IMG/VR virus record: IMGVR_UViG_3300036833_000139
Coordinates: 1 to 30,836 of that record
Source: a virus
Taxonomy: Duplodnaviria > Caudoviricetes
Length of the DNA: 30,836 nt
Reading direction: 5' to 3' (one strand)
Positions within the stretch are counted from its first letter, which is position 1. Every line of letters starts with the position of its first letter. Of the stretch, positions 1-7,662 are shown piece after piece. Under the pieces are notes generated by a model. The model was not told where the DNA came from, made no database searches, and saw nothing but the letters and a program-made list of their open reading frames with translations. The position numbers and the translations under genes were made by a program.

Positions 1-205
1 CTCGCGAACTTTTGGGCTCCACAACCCAGGAGTTGTAAGGATTGCGGTCCTAAAAGGAGAAGAAAATTCCTCTCGGTTCCAATAGGAAAACGGTCCAGCG
101 TAAGCTCAACTTGAGCGAGCGCGGAATTGAAACCTAGAGGGATTTCAGCGGCTTAGCGGAAACGCCCGCCGACTTCCGCCAATCGTTCGCCAATCTTTCC
201 GCCGA

Positions 206-253
206 AAACCACCAGCGGAATCACCAAACCACCAGCGGAAACCACCAGCGGAA
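206..253. repeat. Three direct copies of ACCACCAGCGGAA (208-220, 228-240, 241-253) in a non-coding-looking region
   Basis: Exact 13-mer read directly three times; partial copies CAGCGG/TAGCGGAAAC near 146-163. Confidence 0.9.
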
Positions 254-414
254 ACACCTCGGGGTGGTAAATGCGTTTCTGGTATCGAATTGGGATGCGT
301 GAGGCGCTGGCCGGGGCGTACATGCCGCCGGGCGGCTTGGTGCGGCTGTGGTACCGGTGTGGCCACATGGTTGGCCGGGCGCGGCGGGAACGCGCCGTCA
401 GCCTTGCGTAAGCC

Positions 415-681
415 CTACGGCTCGGCGCCGATCTCTTTGGCCGCGATCGGCACCATGTGCCACGCCGCGACGGCGAGCAGGTCGAGCTGGGCCTTGCGGA
501 TCTTGGCGGTTTCGGCGGGCGACTCGAGCACGACGTGGCCAGCGATGAACCGGGCGATCAGCTGGACCAGGACGGCGCCTTGGATCTGCGGGCCTTTCCC
601 GGCGAGCGCATCGAAGAACGGCGCTAGTTCATCGGCGAGATCCGCAGCGTGCACCGCGATCCTATCCACGTCCTCGGTCAC
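415..681 (-). CDS. Hypothetical phage protein (~88 aa)
   Basis: GTG at 681 overlaps the TGA of the upstream gene (GTGA coupling); helical protein-like sequence VTEDVDRIAVHAADLADELAPFF... Confidence 0.65.
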   Translation of the reverse strand: MTEDVDRIAVHAADLADELAPFFDALAGKGPQIQGAVLVQLIARFIAGHVVLESPAETAKIRKAQLDLLAVAAWHMVPIAAKEIGAEP

Positions 682-1298
682 GGGGTGATCTCCATCTCCA
701 TGCGGACGTCGTCGGGCCACGTTGAGCGCTCGGGGTGTAGTTCCGCGTCGCTGATCTCGTGCCATTGCTTGTCCTCGGATAGGGCGGGTGCGATCAAGAT
801 CAGGGCCTCGCGCTCGGAGAATCGCAGGATCGCGGCTTTGCCTTCGGCCGCCCGGCGTTCGATGAACGCGCGCAGTTCGGCGTCCTGGCGCCAGTCATCG
901 CGCCGTTTGGGATCGATCCAGATCTGCACCACCTCGACCGGGGTGCCACCCTCTGGGCCGCTGCCGTCCTTGCTCACGTAGCGGATGAAGTCGGGCACCA
1001 TATCGACCACGTACCCGGCCCGATCGGGACGGCGCATCGCCGCGGTGTCGGCGCCGCTGAGCCATGCGCAGGACCAGATCCGGCATCCGAACGGGCGCCG
1101 ATCGTAGACGCTGCAGCCGGTGTGACGCTGATGCTGACAGCGGGCGCCCGCGCGCTTGTCGAAGTCGCGCACCCAGGTCGGCGGCAGGCCGAGCGGAAGC
1201 AGTTTGCTGATCTCCGGATAGCGGGCGAGATCGTCGCGCCCGGCCTGCATTGGCAACAGGCGGCAACAGAGCGTACAGCCTGAGCATTCGCGTCTCAT
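678..1298 (-). CDS. Cysteine-cluster protein, YkgJ/CxxCxxCC-like (putative Fe-S/Zn binding)
   Basis: ATG at 1298 overlaps upstream stop (ATGA); MRRECSGCTLCC...RCQHQ...GCSVYDRRPFGCRIWSCAWL. Confidence 0.75.
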   Translation of the reverse strand: MRRECSGCTLCCRLLPMQAGRDDLARYPEISKLLPLGLPPTWVRDFDKRAGARCQHQRHTGCSVYDRRPFGCRIWSCAWLSGADTAAMRRPDRAGYVVDMVPDFIRYVSKDGSGPEGGTPVEVVQIWIDPKRRDDWRQDAELRAFIERRAAEGKAAILRFSEREALILIAPALSEDKQWHEISDAELHPERSTWPDDVRMEMEITP

Positions 1299-1477
1299 TT
1301 CGGGCCGCAATCCATACACAGCATCGTCTGAGTGATCGCGCTCGGCTCGCTTGGATCTTGATAGACAACATCGGCTCGAACATATTGCTGCCCTGGTTCG
1401 ATCCTCTTGCCGCAGCCGCAGATGTACGGTTTCCTTGCTGTGTGTTGATGACTGCGCACGATTCGATATTTGTCCAT
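1295..1477 (-). CDS. Small putative Zn-ribbon protein (60 aa)
   Basis: ARKPYICGCGKRIEPGQQY...LCMDC; GAGGA RBS upstream; coupled to next gene. Confidence 0.7.
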   Translation of the reverse strand: MDKYRIVRSHQHTARKPYICGCGKRIEPGQQYVRADVVYQDPSEPSAITQTMLCMDCGPK

Positions 1478-1491
1478 TTGCTGTCCTCTGT

Positions 1492-1761
1492 TTATTCACT
1501 CAGTGCCTTGGCGATCCGGTGCATTAGCTGGCGATTGGGAAAGTCGAAGGTGCTATCGACTTCTCCGGCGGTCATCGCCGCGAAGACGGCGAGCGGATAC
1601 GGCACCTGCTGGCGATGCAGGTAGGCTTTCGGTCCGAGCGTGTCATAGGTTTCCTGCAGTAGCGCGCGCAGCTCGCTGGCGCGTGATAGGCCGTCAGCCA
1701 GACCGGTGGCGTAGGCCATCCGTGCAGCTGGTCCGCTCATGCAATGATGATTTGAAGTCAT
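1492..1761 (-). CDS. Hypothetical phage protein
   Basis: ATGA overlap with upstream gene; part of a tightly packed leftward operon (alternative start 1740). Confidence 0.6.
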   Translation of the reverse strand: MTSNHHCMSGPAARMAYATGLADGLSRASELRALLQETYDTLGPKAYLHRQQVPYPLAVFAAMTAGEVDSTFDFPNRQLMHRIAKALSE

Positions 1762-2087
1762 CGCGATTGCCCCACCGTTTGGAGATGAGCAGCAACATCA
1801 AGGATTTCCTCGCGCGTCAGCTCCCATTCGTCGTCGGCGATGGGGGCAATCCGCAGCCGCTTGAATTCTTGATGCAGTTCGACCGCCTGCAAGTCGTTGC
1901 CGGTCGCGTCAGCGAGCAGCGCGACGGCGAGCTGGGCCGGGCCTGATCCGCCGTAACCCCAATTGAAGCCAGTTGGGGAATGGTTCTCGAGATCGAGCCG
2001 GATGCGTAGCGGCCGTTTGCGGGTGCCATCGATGCGCCAGACGAAACAGACGCCGTGCTTGTCACGCTGGCCGCGGTAGTGGGTCAT
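1758..2087 (-). CDS. DUF6166-like protein
   Basis: Characteristic NHSPTGFNWGYGGSGPAQLAVALLADA motif. Confidence 0.8.
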   Translation of the reverse strand: MTHYRGQRDKHGVCFVWRIDGTRKRPLRIRLDLENHSPTGFNWGYGGSGPAQLAVALLADATGNDLQAVELHQEFKRLRIAPIADDEWELTREEILDVAAHLQTVGQSR

Positions 2088-2437
2088 GTGCGTCGCCGGG
2101 GTCGGCGTGGGCGATCAGGATCGCGCGGTATATCCGACAGCACACGATCCTGCTCGATGGCGCGGCCCGTTGGAACGGAAAACCTATTGTCATCTGTGCG
2201 CTGACGCGGATAGGCGATAGCCGCAATCGGCTCGGCACCACGGGTGGCAGTCTCCGGATTACCGCGCGGAAGCGTCGAGGTCAGCGCACTGATCCAAGCA
2301 TCGGCCGCAGCCTCATCGTCGAACACGTTGAGGTCGAGAATCTGAATGCCGTAGCCGCCCCAATAGACGATCGCGAGCCAAGTATCATCGACTTGACGGT
2401 GCTTGAGGCCTTGATAGGCGTCTCCGACATGGGTCAT
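2084..2437 (-). CDS. Hypothetical phage protein
   Basis: ATG at 2437 overlaps upstream stop (ATGA); its stop overlaps the next start. Confidence 0.55.
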   Translation of the reverse strand: MTHVGDAYQGLKHRQVDDTWLAIVYWGGYGIQILDLNVFDDEAAADAWISALTSTLPRGNPETATRGAEPIAAIAYPRQRTDDNRFSVPTGRAIEQDRVLSDIPRDPDRPRRPRRRT

Positions 2438-2622
2438 GACAGGTGCTTCCAGATCAGTGCGCCCCACAGCACCAGCAACACGAGCCCCGCACACAGCCCG
2501 AAGATGCGGTTGAACTTGAACTGGCGCAGCATGGCCAACAGAAACTCATCTCCGATCTCGCGGGCGAACTGCTCGGTTTCGTGAATGTCCGCCATATAGC
2601 GGCGCCATAACCGTCGCATCAT
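2434..2622 (-). CDS. Small membrane protein (one C-terminal TM helix)
   Basis: IFGLCAGLVLLVLWGALIW hydrophobic stretch; coupled in operon. Confidence 0.6.
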   Translation of the reverse strand: MMRRLWRRYMADIHETEQFAREIGDEFLLAMLRQFKFNRIFGLCAGLVLLVLWGALIWKHLS

Positions 2623-2903
2623 TTGCGGCCGCTCCGCTCGACGATCTCGCGCAGTTTCATCACCACGCCACGCGCGGTCTGTATCTCGACAAAACGCGGA
2701 TCGAGCGCCATTTGGATCAGCTCCGCCTCGGTCAGTGCTCGCACCTTGAGATCGGCCTTGAATGCCATCACATAGCCGCAGCGAAAGCAGATGGTGAAAT
2801 CACCCGGTTTCGGCGTTGCATCGGTCAGCGCGTCGGTGACGCTGTCCAAGCGTGTCTTGCAATCGAGACACCAATCGTCGCTGGCCAATCGAGTCGTTTT
2901 CAT
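2619..2903 (-). CDS. Putative Zn-finger protein (CxxC...CxxC)
   Basis: MKTTRLASDDWCLDC...PKPGDFTICFRCG; start at 2903 avoids overlap with TerL. Confidence 0.7.
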   Translation of the reverse strand: MKTTRLASDDWCLDCKTRLDSVTDALTDATPKPGDFTICFRCGYVMAFKADLKVRALTEAELIQMALDPRFVEIQTARGVVMKLREIVERSGRK

Positions 2904-2943
2904 CGTCTGCTGACCATAGCCACTCAAGCCGCCCTTTAGCAAG

Positions 2944-4581
2944 ATGCCCGACATCATCGATATCTCTGGCCGGTTCAATCGGCCGACCGGCAAAAAGGCA
3001 GAAGACGCCTTGCGCATGCTCGAGGAGCTGGCGGGCGAGCGGGCGCCGTGGGAAGAGCCGGGGTTGAAGCGTCGTTCCGATAAGGTTATCGCCTTTTGCC
3101 AGGACATGACGATTACGAGCGGGCCGTTGAGCGGCAAGAAAATCACCCTCCGCCCATGGCAAAAAAAGTTCATCCGCGCGGTCTACGGCGTCGACAAGAC
3201 CGGCAATCGCCGGGTGCGCACGGCGATCCTCAGTCTTGGAAGGAAAAACGGCAAGACTCAGCTCGCTGCTTGCTTGGCGCTATGCCATCTCTCCGGCCCG
3301 GAGAGCGAGAGCCGCGGCGAGGTCTATTCGTGCGCCAACGATCGCCTGCAGGCGAGCAAGCTGTGCAACGAGATGATTGCGATGATCGTCAATCATCCGT
3401 GGCTGGCGATGCGCACGCGGGTGTTGCGCGGCCGCAAGCAGATTGATGATCTGGTCACCGAGTCGACCTATCAAGCACTGTCACGCGAAGCAAACACAAA
3501 AATGGGTTTGAACCCAAGTTTTGTTTGCTACGACGAATTGGGCTCCGCCAAGGGTCGCGACTTGTACGACGCGATGGATTCGGCGCTCGGCGGTCGCAAA
3601 GAACCGTTGTTGTTGGTGATCAGCACGCAGGCCGCCGACGACTTCGCGCCCATGTCGCAGCTGATCGACTACGGGCTCAAAATCGAACAGGGCGACATTC
3701 AAGATCCGGCGTTTCATCTGACGCTGTTCACGGCGCCGGAAAATGCTGACCCCTGGAACCCGGCCAGTTGGGAAGCCGCCAACCCGGCGCTCGGCGACTT
3801 CCTCTCGCTCGAGCACGTGGCGCGCATGGCCAAGCAGGCGCAGCGCATCCCGGCGCGCGAGAATTCCTTCCGCAATCTGGTGCTCAATCAGCGCGTCGCC
3901 GCCGAGACCCGATTTGTTGATCGCATCACCTGGAACGCCTGTGCAGGCGCGGCGGTGATTCCGCGCGGGGTGCACGTCTATGCCGGGCTCGACCTCGGCG
4001 CCACCCGCGATTTGTCGGCGCTGGTGATCGTCGCCGTTGATCCAAACGGGTGCTGGAATATCCAGCCGCATTGCTGGATTCCGGGGAAGGATCTCAAGGA
4101 GCGCAGCGATCTCGATCGCGTGCCATACGAGGCCTGGGTGCGCGACGGCGCCATCATGCCGATCGGCGAGTCGACAGACCCGAAGGTAATCGCGCACAAG
4201 ATCGCGCAGATCAACGGCATCACCCCGATCGATCTACTGGCATTTGATCGGTGGCGAATTGCTGATCTCAAACGCGAGCTGGATGCGATTGGCTGTCCGG
4301 TCGTGCTCGAGCCGTTCGGCCAAGGGTTCAAGGATATGAGTGCCGCAGTTGATATTGTTGAACGATTGCTGATTCAGAAAAAGCTCAGACACGGCGGCCA
4401 CCCGGTGCTGACATGGTGCGCGCACAACGCCGTGGTGGTGCGCGATCCGGCAGGCGGGCGCAAGTTTGATAAAGCGAAAAGCTCCGGCCGCATTGATGCG
4501 CTGGTCGCGGCGAGCATGGCGTTGAGCCTCGCGCTGACGCGGGCGCCGAAGGCGGTGGACATTGATGCGTTGATAGGATAG
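2944..4581 (+). CDS. terL: Terminase large subunit (HK97/Terminase_1 type)
   Basis: LRPWQ adenine-binding motif, Walker A LGRKNGKT, Walker B VCYDE, ISTQ coupling motif, nuclease YAGLDLG and RIDALVA. Confidence 0.97.
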   Translation: MPDIIDISGRFNRPTGKKAEDALRMLEELAGERAPWEEPGLKRRSDKVIAFCQDMTITSGPLSGKKITLRPWQKKFIRAVYGVDKTGNRRVRTAILSLGRKNGKTQLAACLALCHLSGPESESRGEVYSCANDRLQASKLCNEMIAMIVNHPWLAMRTRVLRGRKQIDDLVTESTYQALSREANTKMGLNPSFVCYDELGSAKGRDLYDAMDSALGGRKEPLLLVISTQAADDFAPMSQLIDYGLKIEQGDIQDPAFHLTLFTAPENADPWNPASWEAANPALGDFLSLEHVARMAKQAQRIPARENSFRNLVLNQRVAAETRFVDRITWNACAGAAVIPRGVHVYAGLDLGATRDLSALVIVAVDPNGCWNIQPHCWIPGKDLKERSDLDRVPYEAWVRDGAIMPIGESTDPKVIAHKIAQINGITPIDLLAFDRWRIADLKRELDAIGCPVVLEPFGQGFKDMSAAVDIVERLLIQKKLRHGGHPVLTWCAHNAVVVRDPAGGRKFDKAKSSGRIDALVAASMALSLALTRAPKAVDIDALIG

Positions 4582-4583
4582 CG

Positions 4584-4615
4584 AAAAAAAACCGCGCCCG
4601 CGCACAGGGACGCGG
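4584..4615 (-). terminator. Rho-independent terminator for the leftward gene 4644-4892
   Basis: A8 tract 4584-4591 next to GC stem CCGCG-CCC / GGG-A-CGCGG. Confidence 0.6.
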
Positions 4616-4643
4616 CGAGTTCCCGAAGGGTCACCAAGTCGTG

Positions 4644-4892
4644 TTAGACAATGATCGGTGATTGTGGCTCGGTCTTGGCGGCCTTGCGGGCGGCGCGGGT
4701 AGCGGCCTTTTCCTCCTCCCGCGCCTTGTTGATGCGGCGCTGGCTGCGCGCCAATGCCTTGACAGAGCGGTCGAGTTTAGCCGCAGCTCGGATCAGCAGT
4801 CGGATCGCCTTGTCGCGCTGAACCATCGCGCTATCGAGATCATGCACCAGCTTGCGGTGTTGCTCGAGCGCGCGTTCGAGATAGGTTTTCAT
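4644..4892 (-). CDS. Small basic coiled-coil protein (82 aa), stand-alone accessory gene
   Basis: GAGGA RBS before ATG, own promoter and terminator, Ala/Arg/Lys-rich helical sequence. Confidence 0.8.
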   Translation of the reverse strand: MKTYLERALEQHRKLVHDLDSAMVQRDKAIRLLIRAAAKLDRSVKALARSQRRINKAREEEKAATRAARKAAKTEPQSPIIV

Positions 4893-4914
4893 GTTTGTCC
4901 TCGTTTGCTTGGTC

Positions 4915-4967
4915 GTCAGGACAATTCCTGATCGATGTTGCTATTATAGCACAGCAACAATTTGTTG
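4915..4967 (-). promoter_or_regulatory. Extended -10 promoter (TGcTATAAT, 4943-4951) inside inverted repeat TGTTGCT-N10-AGCAACA, plus neighbouring palindromes
   Basis: Minus strand reads ttgttgctgTGCTATAATagcaaca; palindromes CAACAAtTTGTTG (4955-4967) and TCAGGAcaatTCCTGA near 4916-4931. Confidence 0.75.
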
Positions 4968-5067
4968 ATCGGCGCAGCATGCCACGGAGCAGGAAGTCGC
5001 TGTTGATGTGGTTGATGTTTTGCTGCGCGATCATGTCGCGATTTGCTTGATGCCGCCAGATCGACAG

Positions 5068-5199
5068 ATGTTCTGGTTCTGGGTGGTGTTGCTGATCCTG
5101 ATGTGCATCTGGATTTTCGTCATCGCTTACACCTTGATGCGCGAAGAAGAGACCAGACATGGCTTATCGCAAGCATTGCTGTTGCGGTGGCGCCAATAG
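5068..5199 (+). CDS. Small membrane peptide
   Basis: MFWFWVVLLILMCIWIFVIAYTL hydrophobic helix; start uncertain (5008, 5050 or 5068). Confidence 0.45.
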   Translation: MFWFWVVLLILMCIWIFVIAYTLMREEETRHGLSQALLLRWRQ

Positions 5200-5215
5200 T
5201 TAAGCGGAAGCCGTC

Positions 5216-5446
5216 ATGAGTGCTGGCAAATCCAACGGCGCCGGTGGCGTCACCGTCTACGCCGCCAACATGCAGCGGATGGCAAGCTTGCTCAGCGATC
5301 TCTACACGCCGATCGAGACCGACCAGTGGCTGCAGGCGAAACATGATCTGCTCGGCGGTCAGACCCCAGCGCAGCTGATCGCCGACGGCCGCGCCGCAGA
5401 GGTTGAGGACTTGATCTCGGCGATCAAGGACGGCGTGTTCCTATGA
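5216..5446 (+). CDS. MbcA/ParS/Xre-family antitoxin domain protein (DUF2384-like), without HTH
   Basis: QWLQAKHDLLGGQTPAQLIADGRAAEVEDLISAIKDGVF matches the WL..P/H..LGG.TP..L...G....V...L..I..G pattern. Confidence 0.8.
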   Translation: MSAGKSNGAGGVTVYAANMQRMASLLSDLYTPIETDQWLQAKHDLLGGQTPAQLIADGRAAEVEDLISAIKDGVFL

Positions 5447-5640
5447 CCCAACGCCAGCGCATCGGTCTCGCCATCATCATTGCGTTCGTCGTGCTGATCG
5501 GGCTAGCGGTTTATTTTTCGCGCCAAGAGCAAAAGCAGCTGATCGACAAGTGCAGCAGCCGCGGGCTGGTGCCGTACGAGATCGAGCACACCACCGTCTG
5601 CCGCGAACCGGCGACCGGCCAGCTGTACGCACCGCAATAG
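5443..5640 (+). CDS. Small membrane-anchored protein (65 aa)
   Basis: N-terminal TM helix IGLAIIIAFVVLIGLAVYF, two Cys in the C-terminal part; ATGA coupling. Confidence 0.7.
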   Translation: MTQRQRIGLAIIIAFVVLIGLAVYFSRQEQKQLIDKCSSRGLVPYEIEHTTVCREPATGQLYAPQ

Positions 5641-5643
5641 CCG

Positions 5644-7077
5644 ATGTTCGCAGCGTTCGACATAGCGTTCGGTCACGCGCCGACGATGACGCTAACGGTG
5701 GCGGCCACCGTCGCCATCGCCCCGCCCGACGACAGCGTCGACACCAACAAGATCATCGTTACCGGCACCGGCACCGTCAGCTCGCTCGGGCCGGGGCCAC
5801 TGCCGCCGTACGGCCAACCCGACGAAGAGGTGCCAACGCCGTGGGGCGTGAGCAAACAGGTGACCTGGATTCCGCAAGATGCGACGCATCCGATCACTCT
5901 GGTCTACAGCCCGACGCTGCAGCTGCTCGGCAGTGTCAACCGCACCATAACCGTCAAGACGATCTGCGATTACAGCTGGGACCCGATCGCCCAGGGGTGG
6001 ATCGAGGAGAGCTACACCGACACCACGCAATCGAAAGGCGGTGGCGGTAGCGGCGGCACCGGACCGCAAGGCCCAGCCGGACCCGCCGGACCCGCCGGAC
6101 CCGCGGGTCCGGGCTACAAAGCCACCAGCACCAGCGCCGTCAACATCGCCACCGGGGCGCAAACCTTCACCACGCAATCCGGGCTTGCCTACACGATCGG
6201 TGCGCGGACGCGCGCCAGCTCCAATGGCACGCCGACGAGCTGGATGGAGGGCCGGGTCACCGCCTATAGCGGCACATCGCTCACCATCGGCGTCGATCTC
6301 ATCAGCGGCAGCGGTACATTTTCCGATTGGAACATCAACCTCGCCGGTGTGCAGGGCGCGCAAGGCGCCACCGGCGCGCAGGGCAACCAAGGTCTGCAAG
6401 GAAATGCAGGCCCGCCCGGCCCAACCGGCCCGCAAGGCATCCAAGGCAATCCCGGCGCTACCGGATCGACCGGGCCCGCGGGTCCAGGCTATACGGCGAC
6501 CAGCGGGTCATCGATCGCTGTCAGTAACGGCGCCAAGACGTTCGTTACACAATCCGGACTCGCCTACACGGTCGGCGCCCGGGCGCGCGCCGCGTCGAAC
6601 GGCGCACCAACAAACTGGGTGGAGGGCCAAGTCACCGCGTATAGCGGGACGTCACTGGTCATCAACGTCGATCTAACAAACGGCTCAGGCACGTTCGCCG
6701 ATTGGACCATCAATCTCGCGGGTGTGCAGGGCACGCAAGGCGCCACGGGCCCGCAGGGCTCGCAGGGTGTGCCCGGCGCCGCCGGTGCACAAGGCCCGCA
6801 GGGCATCCAAGGCAATCCCGGCGCTACCGGGCCGCAAGGTCCGGCGGGCCCGACCGGATCGGCTGGCCCGACCGGGGCGAGCTACGTCGCCACCAGTACG
6901 ACCAGCTTGCCGATTGCAGCCGGTCCAGCGACGATCACGACGCAAGCCGGGCTCGCTTATATGGTCGGCGCGCGCACGCGATTGAGTTCAAATTCCAATC
7001 CATCGCAATGGATGGAAGGAGTTGTTACGGCTTACAGTGGTACATCGTTGACCATAAATGTTGATCTACACAGTTAG
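5644..7077 (+). CDS. Collagen-like fibre/decoration protein with three beta-rich repeats
   Basis: Gly-X-Y runs alternating with repeats Y.ATSTS...TTQ.GLAY.VGAR.R.SSN..P..W.EG.VTAYSGTSL.INVDL. Confidence 0.85.
   Translation: MFAAFDIAFGHAPTMTLTVAATVAIAPPDDSVDTNKIIVTGTGTVSSLGPGPLPPYGQPDEEVPTPWGVSKQVTWIPQDATHPITLVYSPTLQLLGSVNRTITVKTICDYSWDPIAQGWIEESYTDTTQSKGGGGSGGTGPQGPAGPAGPAGPAGPGYKATSTSAVNIATGAQTFTTQSGLAYTIGARTRASSNGTPTSWMEGRVTAYSGTSLTIGVDLISGSGTFSDWNINLAGVQGAQGATGAQGNQGLQGNAGPPGPTGPQGIQGNPGATGSTGPAGPGYTATSGSSIAVSNGAKTFVTQSGLAYTVGARARAASNGAPTNWVEGQVTAYSGTSLVINVDLTNGSGTFADWTINLAGVQGTQGATGPQGSQGVPGAAGAQGPQGIQGNPGATGPQGPAGPTGSAGPTGASYVATSTTSLPIAAGPATITTQAGLAYMVGARTRLSSNSNPSQWMEGVVTAYSGTSLTINVDLHS
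6106..7070 (+). repeat. Intragenic tandem domain repeats (~6106-6480, ~6481-6876, partial third copy ~6877-7070)
   Basis: Repeated DNA such as GGCATCCAAGGCAATCCCGGCGCTACCGG and repeated peptide blocks; boundaries approximate. Confidence 0.85.
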
Positions 7078-7208
7078 TGATACAGCGCATCAAATAATCG
7101 GTTAGCGTCGGTCCTTTCGCAGCCATCCAGGCCGCCGCTGAGGGGCGGCGGGCGCGGCGGCTTGCAGTGGCGTCGCGTTCGTCGTTCGCCCCAAAGGGAA
7201 ATCGCGCG

Positions 7209-7424
7209 ATGCCCGACGACGACCAGCAGCAAAGCTTCACGCTCGAGCGCGGGCCCGACCCCTGGCACAAGCTGCCGAGCTTGGCAGCGCGGCTCGGTGT
7301 CGAGCCTTGCAGCGGGCCGATGGCGGGTCGCGTCATCGTGAGCAATCGCGAGGGCAAGCGCTACGATTTGTTTGAGCTGGTCAACGCGTTGCTCGATCGG
7401 CTCGATCGTGCGGCCCAGGACTAA
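7209..7424 (+). CDS. Hypothetical phage protein (71 aa)
   Basis: AAGGGA upstream of ATG 7209; protein-like sequence ...GKRYDLFELVNALLDRLD. Confidence 0.65.
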   Translation: MPDDDQQQSFTLERGPDPWHKLPSLAARLGVEPCSGPMAGRVIVSNREGKRYDLFELVNALLDRLDRAAQD

Positions 7425-7662
7425 GCAAGCGCGATGACCGATCTCCCGGAATTGGTAGGTCAATTCCCTCCTGGCGAAACAGCTCTTTCAGCTGGCGCCA
7501 GCAGGCGAGGCCGCGACTGTGGTGCCAGAGGCGCGTCATCGGGCGCATGGGAAACCACGCGCGTAGGATATGCGCCCAGATGCAAGTCATTAGCCACAGT
7601 GCTCGTACGACGTTCCGCATCCGCGATGACTACCACAGGACTAAAGCAAGCGCGATGACCGA
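7416..7662. repeat. 26/27-bp direct repeats CAGGACTAA(A)GCAAGCGCGATGACCGA at 7416-7441 and 7636-7662
   Basis: Read directly; the copies differ by one A. Confidence 0.92.
7434..7658 (+). CDS. Possible leader ORF (74 aa) coupled to the zeta-like gene
   Basis: Starts at the ATG in repeat copy 1 and ends at the TGA overlapping the ATG in copy 2; peptide not recognisable. Antisense ORF 7381-7620 is an alternative. Confidence 0.3.
   Translation: MTDLPELVGQFPPGETALSAGASRRGRDCGARGASSGAWETTRVGYAPRCKSLATVLVRRSASAMTTTGLKQAR

Noticed and set aside
206-253. Repeats as a mini CRISPR array
   Set aside because: Repeats are only 13-15 bp with 0-7 bp spacing; no spacer-sized unique segments and no cas genes
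6106-7070. Repeats as DGR template/variable regions
   Set aside because: All copies are in-frame coding domains differing at all base types, and no reverse transcriptase is in the window
7547-7654. Longer N-terminus of the zeta-like ORF given in the track
   Set aside because: ATG 7655 lies in the duplicated start context and puts the module in exact register with the polyprotein N-terminus; the upstream extension looks non-protein-like
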